Shown: positions 10,230-19,106 of the stretch, in pieces
How the letters are laid out: every line of letters begins with the position of its first letter
Position numbering within the stretch: the stretch's first letter is position 1
Origin: Promethearchaeota archaeon
GTDB lineage: Archaea > Asgardarchaeota > Lokiarchaeia > Sigyniarchaeales > SOKP01
Reading direction: 5' to 3'
Length of the DNA: 64,000 nt
Assembly: GCA_048939995.1 (NCBI GenBank)
Contig: JBHLOY010000002.1
Coordinates: 384,001 to 448,000 of the forward strand
Translations under genes and position numbers: made by a program
Notes under the pieces: model-generated
What the model was told of the DNA's origin: nothing
The model's input: only the letters and a program-made list of their open reading frames with translations
Database searches by the model: none

Positions 10230-11405
10230 TTAAATACCTTCCTTAATAATTGGTTTTCTATCAAGGAAGAAGAGAGTTATTACAGTAGATAATGGAATTA
10301 AGATCCCTAAAATTAGCATAGCTTTGGTACCCCAAAAGCTAAAAATTAATCCTGATATGGGGGCTCCTATCGCAATCCCAGTAACAATAATTGCATAAAA
10401 AGTTCCAGTTGCTATCCCACGAATTCCTTCCTCTGTGTGATTCCTAATAATTCCTGCTGAGGTGGGAAATATCATTCCATGTCCAATCCCAAAAATAATC
10501 ATTCCAAATATCGGGATTGGGATTAAAATTGAAATTGTTAATATGGTAAAGCTAAGTGAGACCAAAATTAAACCTATACTCATTATTTTCAACTTTCCCT
10601 TCTTATCGCTTAATAAACCTGAAGGATAGTGAATAATAATAGAAATAAATACTAATATGCTGAAAATAATTCCAATTTGACTGTCTGAATAGCTAGCTTC
10701 TTTCAAAAGAACAGAATATGTTGCTGTAATAATACCCAAATTAAAATTCAGTGCCATAATGCTTAAATATGAGGGTAGAATCTTCTTTGAAATAATAATA
10801 CTTTTTAATATTTCAAATTCTTTTTTAAAGCTAAATTTTTCTTTAATAGGATGATAGATTGGGGGCAAGAAAAGTGAAAAGGTAGCCATAAAAAACAATA
10901 GAATTGAAACAAGAAGAAATAAATTTTTGTATCCAACCCCTGTAGCCCCTATTCCCCCAATCATGAATCCTAGTAAGAGAGCGATACCAAATGAGATTCC
11001 ATATAATGCCATTCCTCTCCCACTCTTTTCTTTTGGAGTTGCATCTGAAAAGTACGCCATTGTTCCTGGTCCTCCAAGTCCTCCTCCTAAGCCATGGATC
11101 AATCTTGCAAAAAGTAAAAAGAAAGGATTTGTTGCAAAGGAATAAAGTAATATCGAAAAACCATCTAAGATTATTCCTATAGATATTAATAACTTTCTGC
11201 CTAATTTATCAACCAATCTCCCAGAAATTATGTTAGATGGAATGTGAACCATTGAATAGGCTCCAACAATAATAGATGCAAAAAAAACCGATGCACCTAA
11301 GCTAATTGCATAATTAGAGATTATAGGAATGACAACGGTACTGTCAAAATTAACTATAAAGGTTAAACTCAAAACAAGAATATAATGATGTTTGCTAAGT
11401 TTCAA
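10230..11405 (-). CDS. MFS transporter
   Basis: About 12 TM helices; GRLVDKLGRK motif A and a second-half SDKKGK. Confidence 0.9.
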   Translation of the reverse strand: MKLSKHHYILVLSLTFIVNFDSTVVIPIISNYAISLGASVFFASIIVGAYSMVHIPSNIISGRLVDKLGRKLLISIGIILDGFSILLYSFATNPFFLLFARLIHGLGGGLGGPGTMAYFSDATPKEKSGRGMALYGISFGIALLLGFMIGGIGATGVGYKNLFLLVSILLFFMATFSLFLPPIYHPIKEKFSFKKEFEILKSIIISKKILPSYLSIMALNFNLGIITATYSVLLKEASYSDSQIGIIFSILVFISIIIHYPSGLLSDKKGKLKIMSIGLILVSLSFTILTISILIPIPIFGMIIFGIGHGMIFPTSAGIIRNHTEEGIRGIATGTFYAIIVTGIAIGAPISGLIFSFWGTKAMLILGILIPLSTVITLFFLDRKPIIKEGI

Positions 11406-11499
11406 TGTTATGTTCTTTTAACAAAGTTTATGAAATATAATCATAAAGTCCTTTTAAAATCATTTCCTATACATTTTAAGAATTTTAGAAAAAAAAAAA

Positions 11500-11844
11500 A
11501 TGATTTTAATTATGATTTCACCTAATAAGCATTCTGAAAGAGAAAGGTTTACTGTCCAGACAATGATAAAAATGTATTGTAAAAAATTTCATGATCATAA
11601 TAGTGAATTTTGTGTTGAATGTTCTGAACTTCTTGAATATGCTGAAGAAAGGTTAAAGTATTGTCAATTTGGTAAAGATAAACCAACTTGTAGGAAATGT
11701 CCTATTCATTGTTATAAACCCCTCATGAGAGAAAAGATACAAAAAGTCATGCGATATTCTGGTCCTCGCATGATATATTCACATCCATTAATGGGAATTC
11801 GCTATCTTTTTAAAAAATTTAAGCATATTGAAGAACTAGATTAG
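11500..11844 (+). CDS. YgbA / nitrous-oxide-stimulated-promoter family Cys-rich protein
   Basis: MIKMYC..H, C.EC..LLEYA..RL..C, KPTC..CPIHCYKP.MRE....VMRYSGPRM. Confidence 0.85.
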   Translation: MILIMISPNKHSERERFTVQTMIKMYCKKFHDHNSEFCVECSELLEYAEERLKYCQFGKDKPTCRKCPIHCYKPLMREKIQKVMRYSGPRMIYSHPLMGIRYLFKKFKHIEELD

Positions 11845-13223
11845 CTGTTATCTTTATAGTTTTTATGACCTAAAATACTGTCAGCAAAAGTGAATCTATT
11901 GAATAATCCGACTGGATCCTTAATAAATTTTAAAATTTCTTCAGGATCACGCTCAGAAAATAAGGACCCTAATGTGCTTATGAATTTTATACCTTGATCA
12001 TCAACACCAACTGGAGGTCCATAACATCCCAAACAAGGGGCATTTCCTTTATTAGGACAGATAGTGCCACATCCTGCTTGAGTAACTAAACCTAAACATA
12101 TATAACCTTGCTCTAAGAAACACTTATCTGTTGTAGGTAATCCTTCATAATCTCTTTTTAAGTTAGTAGGAACTTTATCAACTATAATTCGATCGCAATG
12201 GCTACAAACTGTTTTAGAGCTAAATTTGAAATTGGGATCATTTTTCAGTTGAAGAATTATCGAGCTAATTATATTATCGTTTATTTCAATTCCCGTTGGT
12301 CTTAAATCTAATTCTTTGTTTTCCCCACTCTCTATTTCATTAAAGCTTTCAGGTTCATATGCCAAACGTTGCACTAAATCATCATAAAAGTAGAAATTTG
12401 TGATACTAGCGGATCCTAAATACAATATCAGGAAGTGCAGAAAGTTTGTTCGTGTTTCCTCATTCAATTGATCTAAACTCATAATTAATTCTAGTAGATT
12501 CTCTGCTTTCTCTCCGGGAATTTTTGTATGTCTAAAGCAACCGAAACAAATCTCACCTTTATTTGGGCACATTAATTTGCATCCTCCGGCAGTAATCGAT
12601 CCATAACATAATGTACTATTATCTAAAAAGCATCCATTATTAAACAAATCGCAATTGTCGCAGACACATCTACTTTGATTTTGTTGATTAGAACGGTCTC
12701 TAATAAAAGATTTTAAGTGCAACATTGTTGCAACAATATTTTCAGTTTTTGGGGGGCAACCTGGGACAAATATGTCCACATGAATAAGATCTTTAACGTT
12801 ATAAACATATTTCTCAATATTTGGTAAATCATTATTTTTTACATGAATTTGTTCTTCTATTGATGCTTTATTTCTTAGAAGCTCGTTTTTTTCCAAATCA
12901 TCTTTATCAATTAGATTGGCTAATCCGGGAATGCTTCCATAACATGCACAAGCTCCTAGAGATACTATAATATCACTCATTTCTCTTAATGTCTTGACAT
13001 TAGCAGTATCTTGTTCCGTCCTTATAATTCCCTCTATAATTCCAACCTTAAAATTTCCATTCTCTTTAATATTATTTTGAGCATTGTTTCCCGGCCAAAA
13101 AATGAAATCTATCTCAGGAAGAATAGGTAATAACTCAAAGTGTGCATTTAAGAGACTCTGATGACAACCCCAGCAAGAACTAAGCTGTAGATAATATACA
13201 GATAAAGCCATTTTTAAAAACAA
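11841..13223 (-). CDS. mvhG: MvhG/VhuG-like hydrogenase small subunit, extended orphan paralogue
   Basis: SSCWGCH, GACACYG, PGCPP and two C-terminal Fe-S modules; homologous to 34976-36289. Confidence 0.8.
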   Translation of the reverse strand: MFLKMALSVYYLQLSSCWGCHQSLLNAHFELLPILPEIDFIFWPGNNAQNNIKENGNFKVGIIEGIIRTEQDTANVKTLREMSDIIVSLGACACYGSIPGLANLIDKDDLEKNELLRNKASIEEQIHVKNNDLPNIEKYVYNVKDLIHVDIFVPGCPPKTENIVATMLHLKSFIRDRSNQQNQSRCVCDNCDLFNNGCFLDNSTLCYGSITAGGCKLMCPNKGEICFGCFRHTKIPGEKAENLLELIMSLDQLNEETRTNFLHFLILYLGSASITNFYFYDDLVQRLAYEPESFNEIESGENKELDLRPTGIEINDNIISSIILQLKNDPNFKFSSKTVCSHCDRIIVDKVPTNLKRDYEGLPTTDKCFLEQGYICLGLVTQAGCGTICPNKGNAPCLGCYGPPVGVDDQGIKFISTLGSLFSERDPEEILKFIKDPVGLFNRFTFADSILGHKNYKDNS

Positions 13224-13610
13224 CTATTCGTAATATTTAGCTAAATAATATAATTAAATTAGAAAAGAGTAAAATTAAAAACAGATGGTTATAAAAAAAA
13301 AGAATCTACTTATAGTAAATAGTGCTTCTTTATTTTTATATATAACTTATATTGAATCGATCCCTAAAATTGGCTAACAGTTTTATCCTGAAATTGTAGA
13401 AAGTAAGTGATTTAAATCACAATTAAAGGCAGTTGAATCTATTGAAATATAATTAAAATATAATTAATAAAAGTTATCAATATAATACCTATAGTTTGAA
13501 TCCTTAACTAAACTCCTAATCGTAATTCTTATATGAAAACGGCTTTTTTTATGAGATTGATTTAAAGAGCTAAGGTGAACAATCTTTCGATTTTTTGTTA
13601 TATAAAGTAA

Positions 13611-13680
13611 GTTTAAAATTTCAACTAATTTCAGAAAATTGTTTAAAATTAAGATATTATGATATTGAGCAGTTTAAATT
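13611..13680 (+). promoter_or_regulatory. Three-box element (GTTT-N7-AAAC-like; starts 13611, 13641, 13672) upstream of hdrCBA
   Basis: GTTTAAAATTTCAAC, GTTTAAAATTAAGAT, GTTTAAATT spaced 30/31 bp; same layout at three other loci. Confidence 0.55.
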
Positions 13681-13828
13681 TCCCAATCCTATAATAACTA
13701 AAAGAAAAACTTAAATATAAGGAAAAGGTCTATTTTAGCAGACGTGAATAAAGTTAAGTCTATTCTATCTTTTCTAAATTGTTATCTTATCTAAAAAGTT
13801 TGTTAATCAGAAGGAGAATAAAAAATTA

Positions 13829-14425
13829 TTGGAGAAGAGTACAAAAATGATCGAATCTGAACCAGAAATTATTAAAGTTTTCACAGAAGATTTAGCTGAT
13901 TCCTTAAAGAATGCAGGATATCCCCAGATTGATGCATGTATTCAATGTGGAACTTGTTCTGGAGGATGTCCATCAGGAAGAAGGACAGCACTAAAAGTTA
14001 GGACAATCATAAGAAAAGTCCAATTAGGAATTGAAGAAATTCTTAACACCAATGATATTTGGTATTGTTCAACTTGTTATACTTGCCTTGAAAGATGTCC
14101 CCGTAAATTACCTATAACAGATATGCTTATTTATTTGAGAAATCTGGCAGTTCAGAAAGGTTTCATACTTGAGAGTCATCTTGATTTATGTAAGAAACTT
14201 TATAATTCAGGTCATGGAGTTCCTATAGACGATGATAAATGGAAAAAGTTAAGAAAAGCTTACGGTTTAAAACAAATTCCACCAACTGTCCACTCTAATC
14301 AAAAAGATCTAGAAGAAATCCAAATACTTCTCCATAGTGCTAAATTTGATGAATTAGTAAATCTCAAGTCTGAAAAAGATGAGGAGAACGAAGAAGAAAG
14401 ATATTATATTACTAATACCATGTAA
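13829..14425 (+). CDS. hdrC: Heterodisulfide reductase subunit C
   Basis: CIQCGTCSGGCP and CSTCYTCLERCP; start may be ATG 13847. Confidence 0.93.
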   Translation: MEKSTKMIESEPEIIKVFTEDLADSLKNAGYPQIDACIQCGTCSGGCPSGRRTALKVRTIIRKVQLGIEEILNTNDIWYCSTCYTCLERCPRKLPITDMLIYLRNLAVQKGFILESHLDLCKKLYNSGHGVPIDDDKWKKLRKAYGLKQIPPTVHSNQKDLEEIQILLHSAKFDELVNLKSEKDEENEEERYYITNTM

Positions 14426-14439
14426 AAGGTCATATAAGG

Positions 14440-15396
14440 ATGGGGGTAAATCGAAAATATTCACTTTTCCTTGGATGTGTTATTCCAAATCGATATCCCT
14501 TTATTGAATTAGCGACTCGTAAAGTATTTCAAAAATTGGGTATCGAATTTGTTGAAATGGATGGGGCATCTTGTTGTCCAGCTCCGGGGGTATTTCGTGG
14601 ATTTGATATAGATACTTGGTTAATTGTTGGAGCTAGAAATTTAACTATTGCTGAACAAAACAAACTTGACCTCGCTACGATGTGTAATGGTTGCTACGGA
14701 AGTCTACTTGAGGTGAATCACCAATTAAAAACTAATAAACAAAAATTAGAGATGGTTAACGAACATCTTGCTAAAATTAATCGAGAATATCACGGAAGTG
14801 TAAATGTAAAACATATCATCGAAATTCTTTATAAGGATATAGGAATTGAAAAATTAAAGAATAGAGTTAAATATGGTCGTAAGAAAGCATTAGACTTAAA
14901 CGTGGCAGTCCATTATGGTTGTCATATTCAAAAACCAGCTAGTATTCGACCATGGGGTAATGAAACAGAAAAACCGCGATTTTTAGACGAATTAGTAGAA
15001 ATTACAGGTTGTAGAAGTATAGATTATAGAGATAAAAATATGTGTTGTGGTGCAGCTGGAGCTGTCAGAAGTGCCTTTAAAGAAGTTTCATTAGATTTTA
15101 CTAGGGAGAAGTTAGAAAACATGAGGGCAGCTGGAGCAGAAGTTATCGTTACTGCTTGCCCTTTTTGTCATCTCCAATTCGATTTAGGTCAAATTGAAAT
15201 TAATAATATATTTAAAGAAAAGATCGAAGCTCCTTTTAATATTCCTGTTATTTACTATACACAATTATTAGGTCTCGCGTTAGGTTTAAACCCTGAAGAT
15301 GTTGGATTAGTAAGGGATATAGAATTGAAAGGAGTACCTCCATTCACATCGATTAAACCATTTTTAGAAAGAGTGAGTGATGAAGTTGAAGGATGA
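14440..15396 (+). CDS. hdrB: Heterodisulfide reductase subunit B
   Basis: FLGC, SCCPAPG, CNGC, HYGCH, CCGAAG, CPFC: two CCG domains. Confidence 0.95.
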   Translation: MGVNRKYSLFLGCVIPNRYPFIELATRKVFQKLGIEFVEMDGASCCPAPGVFRGFDIDTWLIVGARNLTIAEQNKLDLATMCNGCYGSLLEVNHQLKTNKQKLEMVNEHLAKINREYHGSVNVKHIIEILYKDIGIEKLKNRVKYGRKKALDLNVAVHYGCHIQKPASIRPWGNETEKPRFLDELVEITGCRSIDYRDKNMCCGAAGAVRSAFKEVSLDFTREKLENMRAAGAEVIVTACPFCHLQFDLGQIEINNIFKEKIEAPFNIPVIYYTQLLGLALGLNPEDVGLVRDIELKGVPPFTSIKPFLERVSDEVEG

Positions 15397-17359
15397 GCAG
15401 AAAGTAGGTGTGTTTATTTGTCACTGTGGTAATAATATCGCAGGTGTAATAGATGTAGAGAAACTGACCGATTATGCCAAAACTTTACCTAATGTAAATG
15501 TAGCGGAAAATTATAAATTTATGTGTTCAGAAATCGGTCAAGGATTAATTCAAGAAAAAATTGAAAATGGTGAAATTGATCGCGTAATAGTAGCGGCTTG
15601 TTCACCCCGAATGCATGAATCAACTTTTAAAAAAGTTTGTGAAGATGCTGGCTTAAATCAATATTTATGCGAGATAGCAAATATTCGTGAGCAATGTAGT
15701 TGGGTAAATATGAATGATCCTAAAGGAGCTTATGAAATTGCTAAAGCACATGTTAGGATGGGTGTAGCTAAAGTTAATCAACTAAAAGCTTTGGAGAAAT
15801 TTTATGTTGATGTTGAACCTGCATGCTTAGTTGTAGGCGGAGGGATAGCAGGTATGAATGCTTCGTTAGATCTTGCCAATTTTGGTTATAAAGTTTATTT
15901 AGTTGAAAAAACTCCTACAATAGGTGGCCATATGGCACAACTAGATAAAACATTTCCAACGTTAGATTGTTCATCATGTGTTATTACACCTAAGATGTCT
16001 GAAGTAGCCAAAGCTAAAAATATTGAATTATTAACCTATTCTGAAGTTTCTGAAATTTCGGGGTACATAGGTAATTTTAATGTTAAAATAAAAAAATATC
16101 CTCACTATATTGACCAAGAAAAATGTACTGGGTGTGGAAGTTGTGCGGAGTCATGCATTGCCATAAGTCCAAATGAATTCGATATTGGTATGAAAAAAAG
16201 AAAGGCTGCATATATCCCTTTTCCTCAGGCAGTTCCAGGAAAATATACAATTGATATGGAGCATTGCATAAAATGTGGAATATGCGCTGAAATATGTCCT
16301 GTTGGAGCAGTTAATTATGATGATAAAGTAGAATATGAAGAAGTAAAAGTAGGAGCAATAGTATTAGCAACTGGCTTTGACACATATGATCCAACAATAT
16401 TAACTCAATATGGATATGGGAGTTATCCAAATGTTATTACTGGACTCCAAATGGAAAGATTATTAAGTTCTTTTGGTCCGACTGGTGGCAAAATCGAAAG
16501 ACCATCAGATTTAAAAGAACCATCAACAATTGTTTTCCTACAATGTGTAGGTAGCAGAGATTTTACTGAAAAAGGAAATAAATACTGCTCTAGAGTGTGT
16601 TGCATGTATTCAGTAAAACAAGCTCGTCTTTATAAAGAGAAGCATCCAGATTCCAAAGTTTATATTTTTTATATTGACATCCGTGCATTTGGAAAAGGTT
16701 ATGAAGAATTCTATGATTCCACTGCAAGAGATTTTCATATAAAGTATATAAGAGGAAGAATTTCTGAAGTACTTGAAGATAAAGATCATAATATTATTAT
16801 TCGTGGAGAAGATACTCTCCTTCAAAGGTTAATTGAAATTAAAGCAGATTTACTAGTTTTAGCCGTGGGACTAGAACCGCGCGTAGATTCAAATGAAGTT
16901 GCACACTTATTTAATGTTCAGAAATCAGAGGATGGATTTTTAATGGAAGCACATCCAAAATTACGTCCAGTAGAAACCCTTACAGATGGGATATTCATTG
17001 CTGGAACAGCTCAAGGTCCTAAAGATATTCCTGACACTGTTGCACAAGCTAAAGCTGCTGCTGTAGAAGCAGCTTTATTAATTAATAAAGGAAAAGTTGA
17101 GATTGATCCGATTTTTTCAATTGTATTAAGCCATAAATGCACTGGTTGCAAAAGTTGTTTGAGTTTATGTCCTTATAATGCAATTTCATTTGATGAATTT
17201 AAAAGAATTGCTGAAATTAATAAGGTTTTGTGCAAGGGATGTGGTACTTGTGTTGCTGCTTGCCCAAGTTCTGCGATTATACAAAATCAATTTGGAGATG
17301 TACAATTATTACCAATGATCCATACCGCTATTCAAAAACCAGATGAGGTGGAGGGTTGA
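15377..17359 (+). CDS. hdrA: Heterodisulfide reductase subunit A (Cys form)
   Basis: VFICHCG, AACSP, NIREQC, VGGGIAG, LDKTFPTLDCSSC, CVGSR, CSRVCC, ferredoxin motifs. Confidence 0.96.
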   Translation: MMKLKDEQKVGVFICHCGNNIAGVIDVEKLTDYAKTLPNVNVAENYKFMCSEIGQGLIQEKIENGEIDRVIVAACSPRMHESTFKKVCEDAGLNQYLCEIANIREQCSWVNMNDPKGAYEIAKAHVRMGVAKVNQLKALEKFYVDVEPACLVVGGGIAGMNASLDLANFGYKVYLVEKTPTIGGHMAQLDKTFPTLDCSSCVITPKMSEVAKAKNIELLTYSEVSEISGYIGNFNVKIKKYPHYIDQEKCTGCGSCAESCIAISPNEFDIGMKKRKAAYIPFPQAVPGKYTIDMEHCIKCGICAEICPVGAVNYDDKVEYEEVKVGAIVLATGFDTYDPTILTQYGYGSYPNVITGLQMERLLSSFGPTGGKIERPSDLKEPSTIVFLQCVGSRDFTEKGNKYCSRVCCMYSVKQARLYKEKHPDSKVYIFYIDIRAFGKGYEEFYDSTARDFHIKYIRGRISEVLEDKDHNIIIRGEDTLLQRLIEIKADLLVLAVGLEPRVDSNEVAHLFNVQKSEDGFLMEAHPKLRPVETLTDGIFIAGTAQGPKDIPDTVAQAKAAAVEAALLINKGKVEIDPIFSIVLSHKCTGCKSCLSLCPYNAISFDEFKRIAEINKVLCKGCGTCVAACPSSAIIQNQFGDVQLLPMIHTAIQKPDEVEG

Positions 17360-17790
17360 TTATCATGACAGAAGTTTCCTCTTTTGATCCATCAATTTTA
17401 GGTATTTTTTGTCATTGGTGTTCATATGCAGGAGCAGATCAAGCAGGAACATCACGAATGCAGAGATATGCTAGTCTAAGAATTTTACGTGTGATGTGCG
17501 GAGGAAGGATTGACCCTAATTTTGTGGTTACTGCCTTAAAAGATGGAGTAGATGGCGTTTTAATTTCACATTGTCATCTCGGAGATTGTCATTACGTTAC
17601 AGGAAATCATAAAACTGCAAGAAAAATACCATTACTTACGAAATATTTAAAACAATTGGGAATTAACCCAAAGAGAATTAAGTATGTCTTTGTTTCTGCA
17701 TCTGAGGGAAGTAAACTTACGAATATTGTTAATGAATTTGTAGAAGAATTAAAAGAATTAGGTCCTAATCCATTAAAAAAATCGGATTAA
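17356..17790 (+). CDS. mvhD: Hydrogenase iron-sulfur subunit MvhD (Cys form)
   Basis: FCHWCSYAGAD, RVMCGGR, CHLGDCHY, SASEG. Confidence 0.95.
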   Translation: MIIMTEVSSFDPSILGIFCHWCSYAGADQAGTSRMQRYASLRILRVMCGGRIDPNFVVTALKDGVDGVLISHCHLGDCHYVTGNHKTARKIPLLTKYLKQLGINPKRIKYVFVSASEGSKLTNIVNEFVEELKELGPNPLKKSD

Positions 17791-17826
17791 CTTTATAAAG
17801 AAATAATATGTTAGGTTGAGCGAAAA

Positions 17827-18501
17827 TTGTATCCAAGAGTTAAAGAAATTCAGACAAATAAATTCAATGAATCAATTTTAAATTTTTATACTGAAAATTA
17901 TACGATTAAGATTGATAAGGAGAGATGCATTGGATGTGGAATTTGTATTAAAGTCTGTCCTAATAATGCTATTCCTGCTCAAGATCTAGAAGGAAAAGTA
18001 CGAATTAAGACTGAGAATCTTGTGCCAGGCACACCGAATGCGCTTAAATGTTCATATTGTGGGACTTGCATGTATATGTGTCCTTTAACAGCAATATCTT
18101 TAAAACATAATAGAAAATTGATAAATAAAGAAGATCTGGGGATCGTAAAAAATAAGGTGGTTCCAGAATTAGATTTTAAATCGATTAACTCTGATAAATT
18201 TCAGAAAGAGATTAAAGTATACTTTGATGGTAAAATATCTATTGATTGGGATAAATGCATTTCATGCATGTCATGTGTGGATGTCTGTCCAGTTGAAGCT
18301 TTTTTTAAATCTAACACTCAGGATGGCAAAGATGAAAAAAGAAAAAGAGTTTCATTTAATCAAGATGCATGCATAAATTGTGGTACCTGTGTTAGAGCTT
18401 GTTCAGTCAAAGCTATAAGTTTAAAAGATCGTGCATTAAACTTTTCTGGGGATTTTAAAAAGATATTTTGGGAAGCTTTATTAACACGTATCAAAACTTG
18501 A
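17827..18501 (+). CDS. Polyferredoxin, 4x[4Fe-4S]
   Basis: Four CxxCxxCxxxC motifs. Confidence 0.88.
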   Translation: MYPRVKEIQTNKFNESILNFYTENYTIKIDKERCIGCGICIKVCPNNAIPAQDLEGKVRIKTENLVPGTPNALKCSYCGTCMYMCPLTAISLKHNRKLINKEDLGIVKNKVVPELDFKSINSDKFQKEIKVYFDGKISIDWDKCISCMSCVDVCPVEAFFKSNTQDGKDEKRKRVSFNQDACINCGTCVRACSVKAISLKDRALNFSGDFKKIFWEALLTRIKT

Positions 18502-18650
18502 AATTATCAAAAACTTATATTTTATAATAAAATAGTTACAGTTCTTATTCAAATTTTGGAAGATTGATCAAAGAAAATTGGTAATTATCGAAATTTGATC
18601 ATCTATTTTGTTTTTTTTTACTGAAAGAAAATATTTTACCTAGTAAAAAA

Positions 18651-18720
18651 TTTCCATATTGAAACAATAACTGCAAAATTGTTTAAAATTGAAACTACAA
18701 TGGATTCAGTTGTTTAAATT
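18651..18720 (+). promoter_or_regulatory. Three-box element (starts 18651, 18681, 18712)
   Basis: TTTCCATATTGAAAC, GTTTAAAATTGAAAC, GTTTAAATT spaced 30/31 bp. Confidence 0.55.
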
Positions 18721-18813
18721 AACCAATAACCGATATATTTAAATATTCTCAATAAGAATTCTAATTTAGATAAAATAAATTAATGCAAATTAAAAATAAA
18801 AAGATGTTAATAT

Positions 18814-19008
18814 ATGGTTGAAGCAATATCTGTTGAATTGGAACTAGAAGAAAAGTTAGCTATTCCCATAATTGAAATTGATGGAAAGGAAAACACTGAT
18901 AAATATTTCGAATTATTGTTAGCTGGGACACCCCACTTAAAGTTCTCTATAGCAAATAAAGAGGGAAAAGAGCTCTATTCTAATCTTATGAATGTCGAAA
19001 TGCGTTAG
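18814..19008 (+). CDS. Small hypothetical protein
   Basis: 64 aa ORF with ATG start and protein-like composition, downstream of the three-box element. Confidence 0.6.
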   Translation: MVEAISVELELEEKLAIPIIEIDGKENTDKYFELLLAGTPHLKFSIANKEGKELYSNLMNVEMR

Positions 19009-19106
19009 AGATTGAATGATGTGCCTCTTAAGCGGTTTATAGCTAAAATAATTTTATTTTTATGAATGTTTATCTATTTTTCTTTCTATTGAATTAGAAG
19101 GTTAAT

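Noticed and set aside
13611-13680. GTTT...AAAC boxes as CRISPR repeat remnants
   Set aside because: They are only 15 bp, degenerate, 30 bp apart and in promoter regions, with no cas genes; a regulator-binding site fits better.
15150-15175. CPFCH (CxxCH) in HdrB as a heme site
   Set aside because: It is part of the CCG-domain cluster motif of a cytoplasmic protein.
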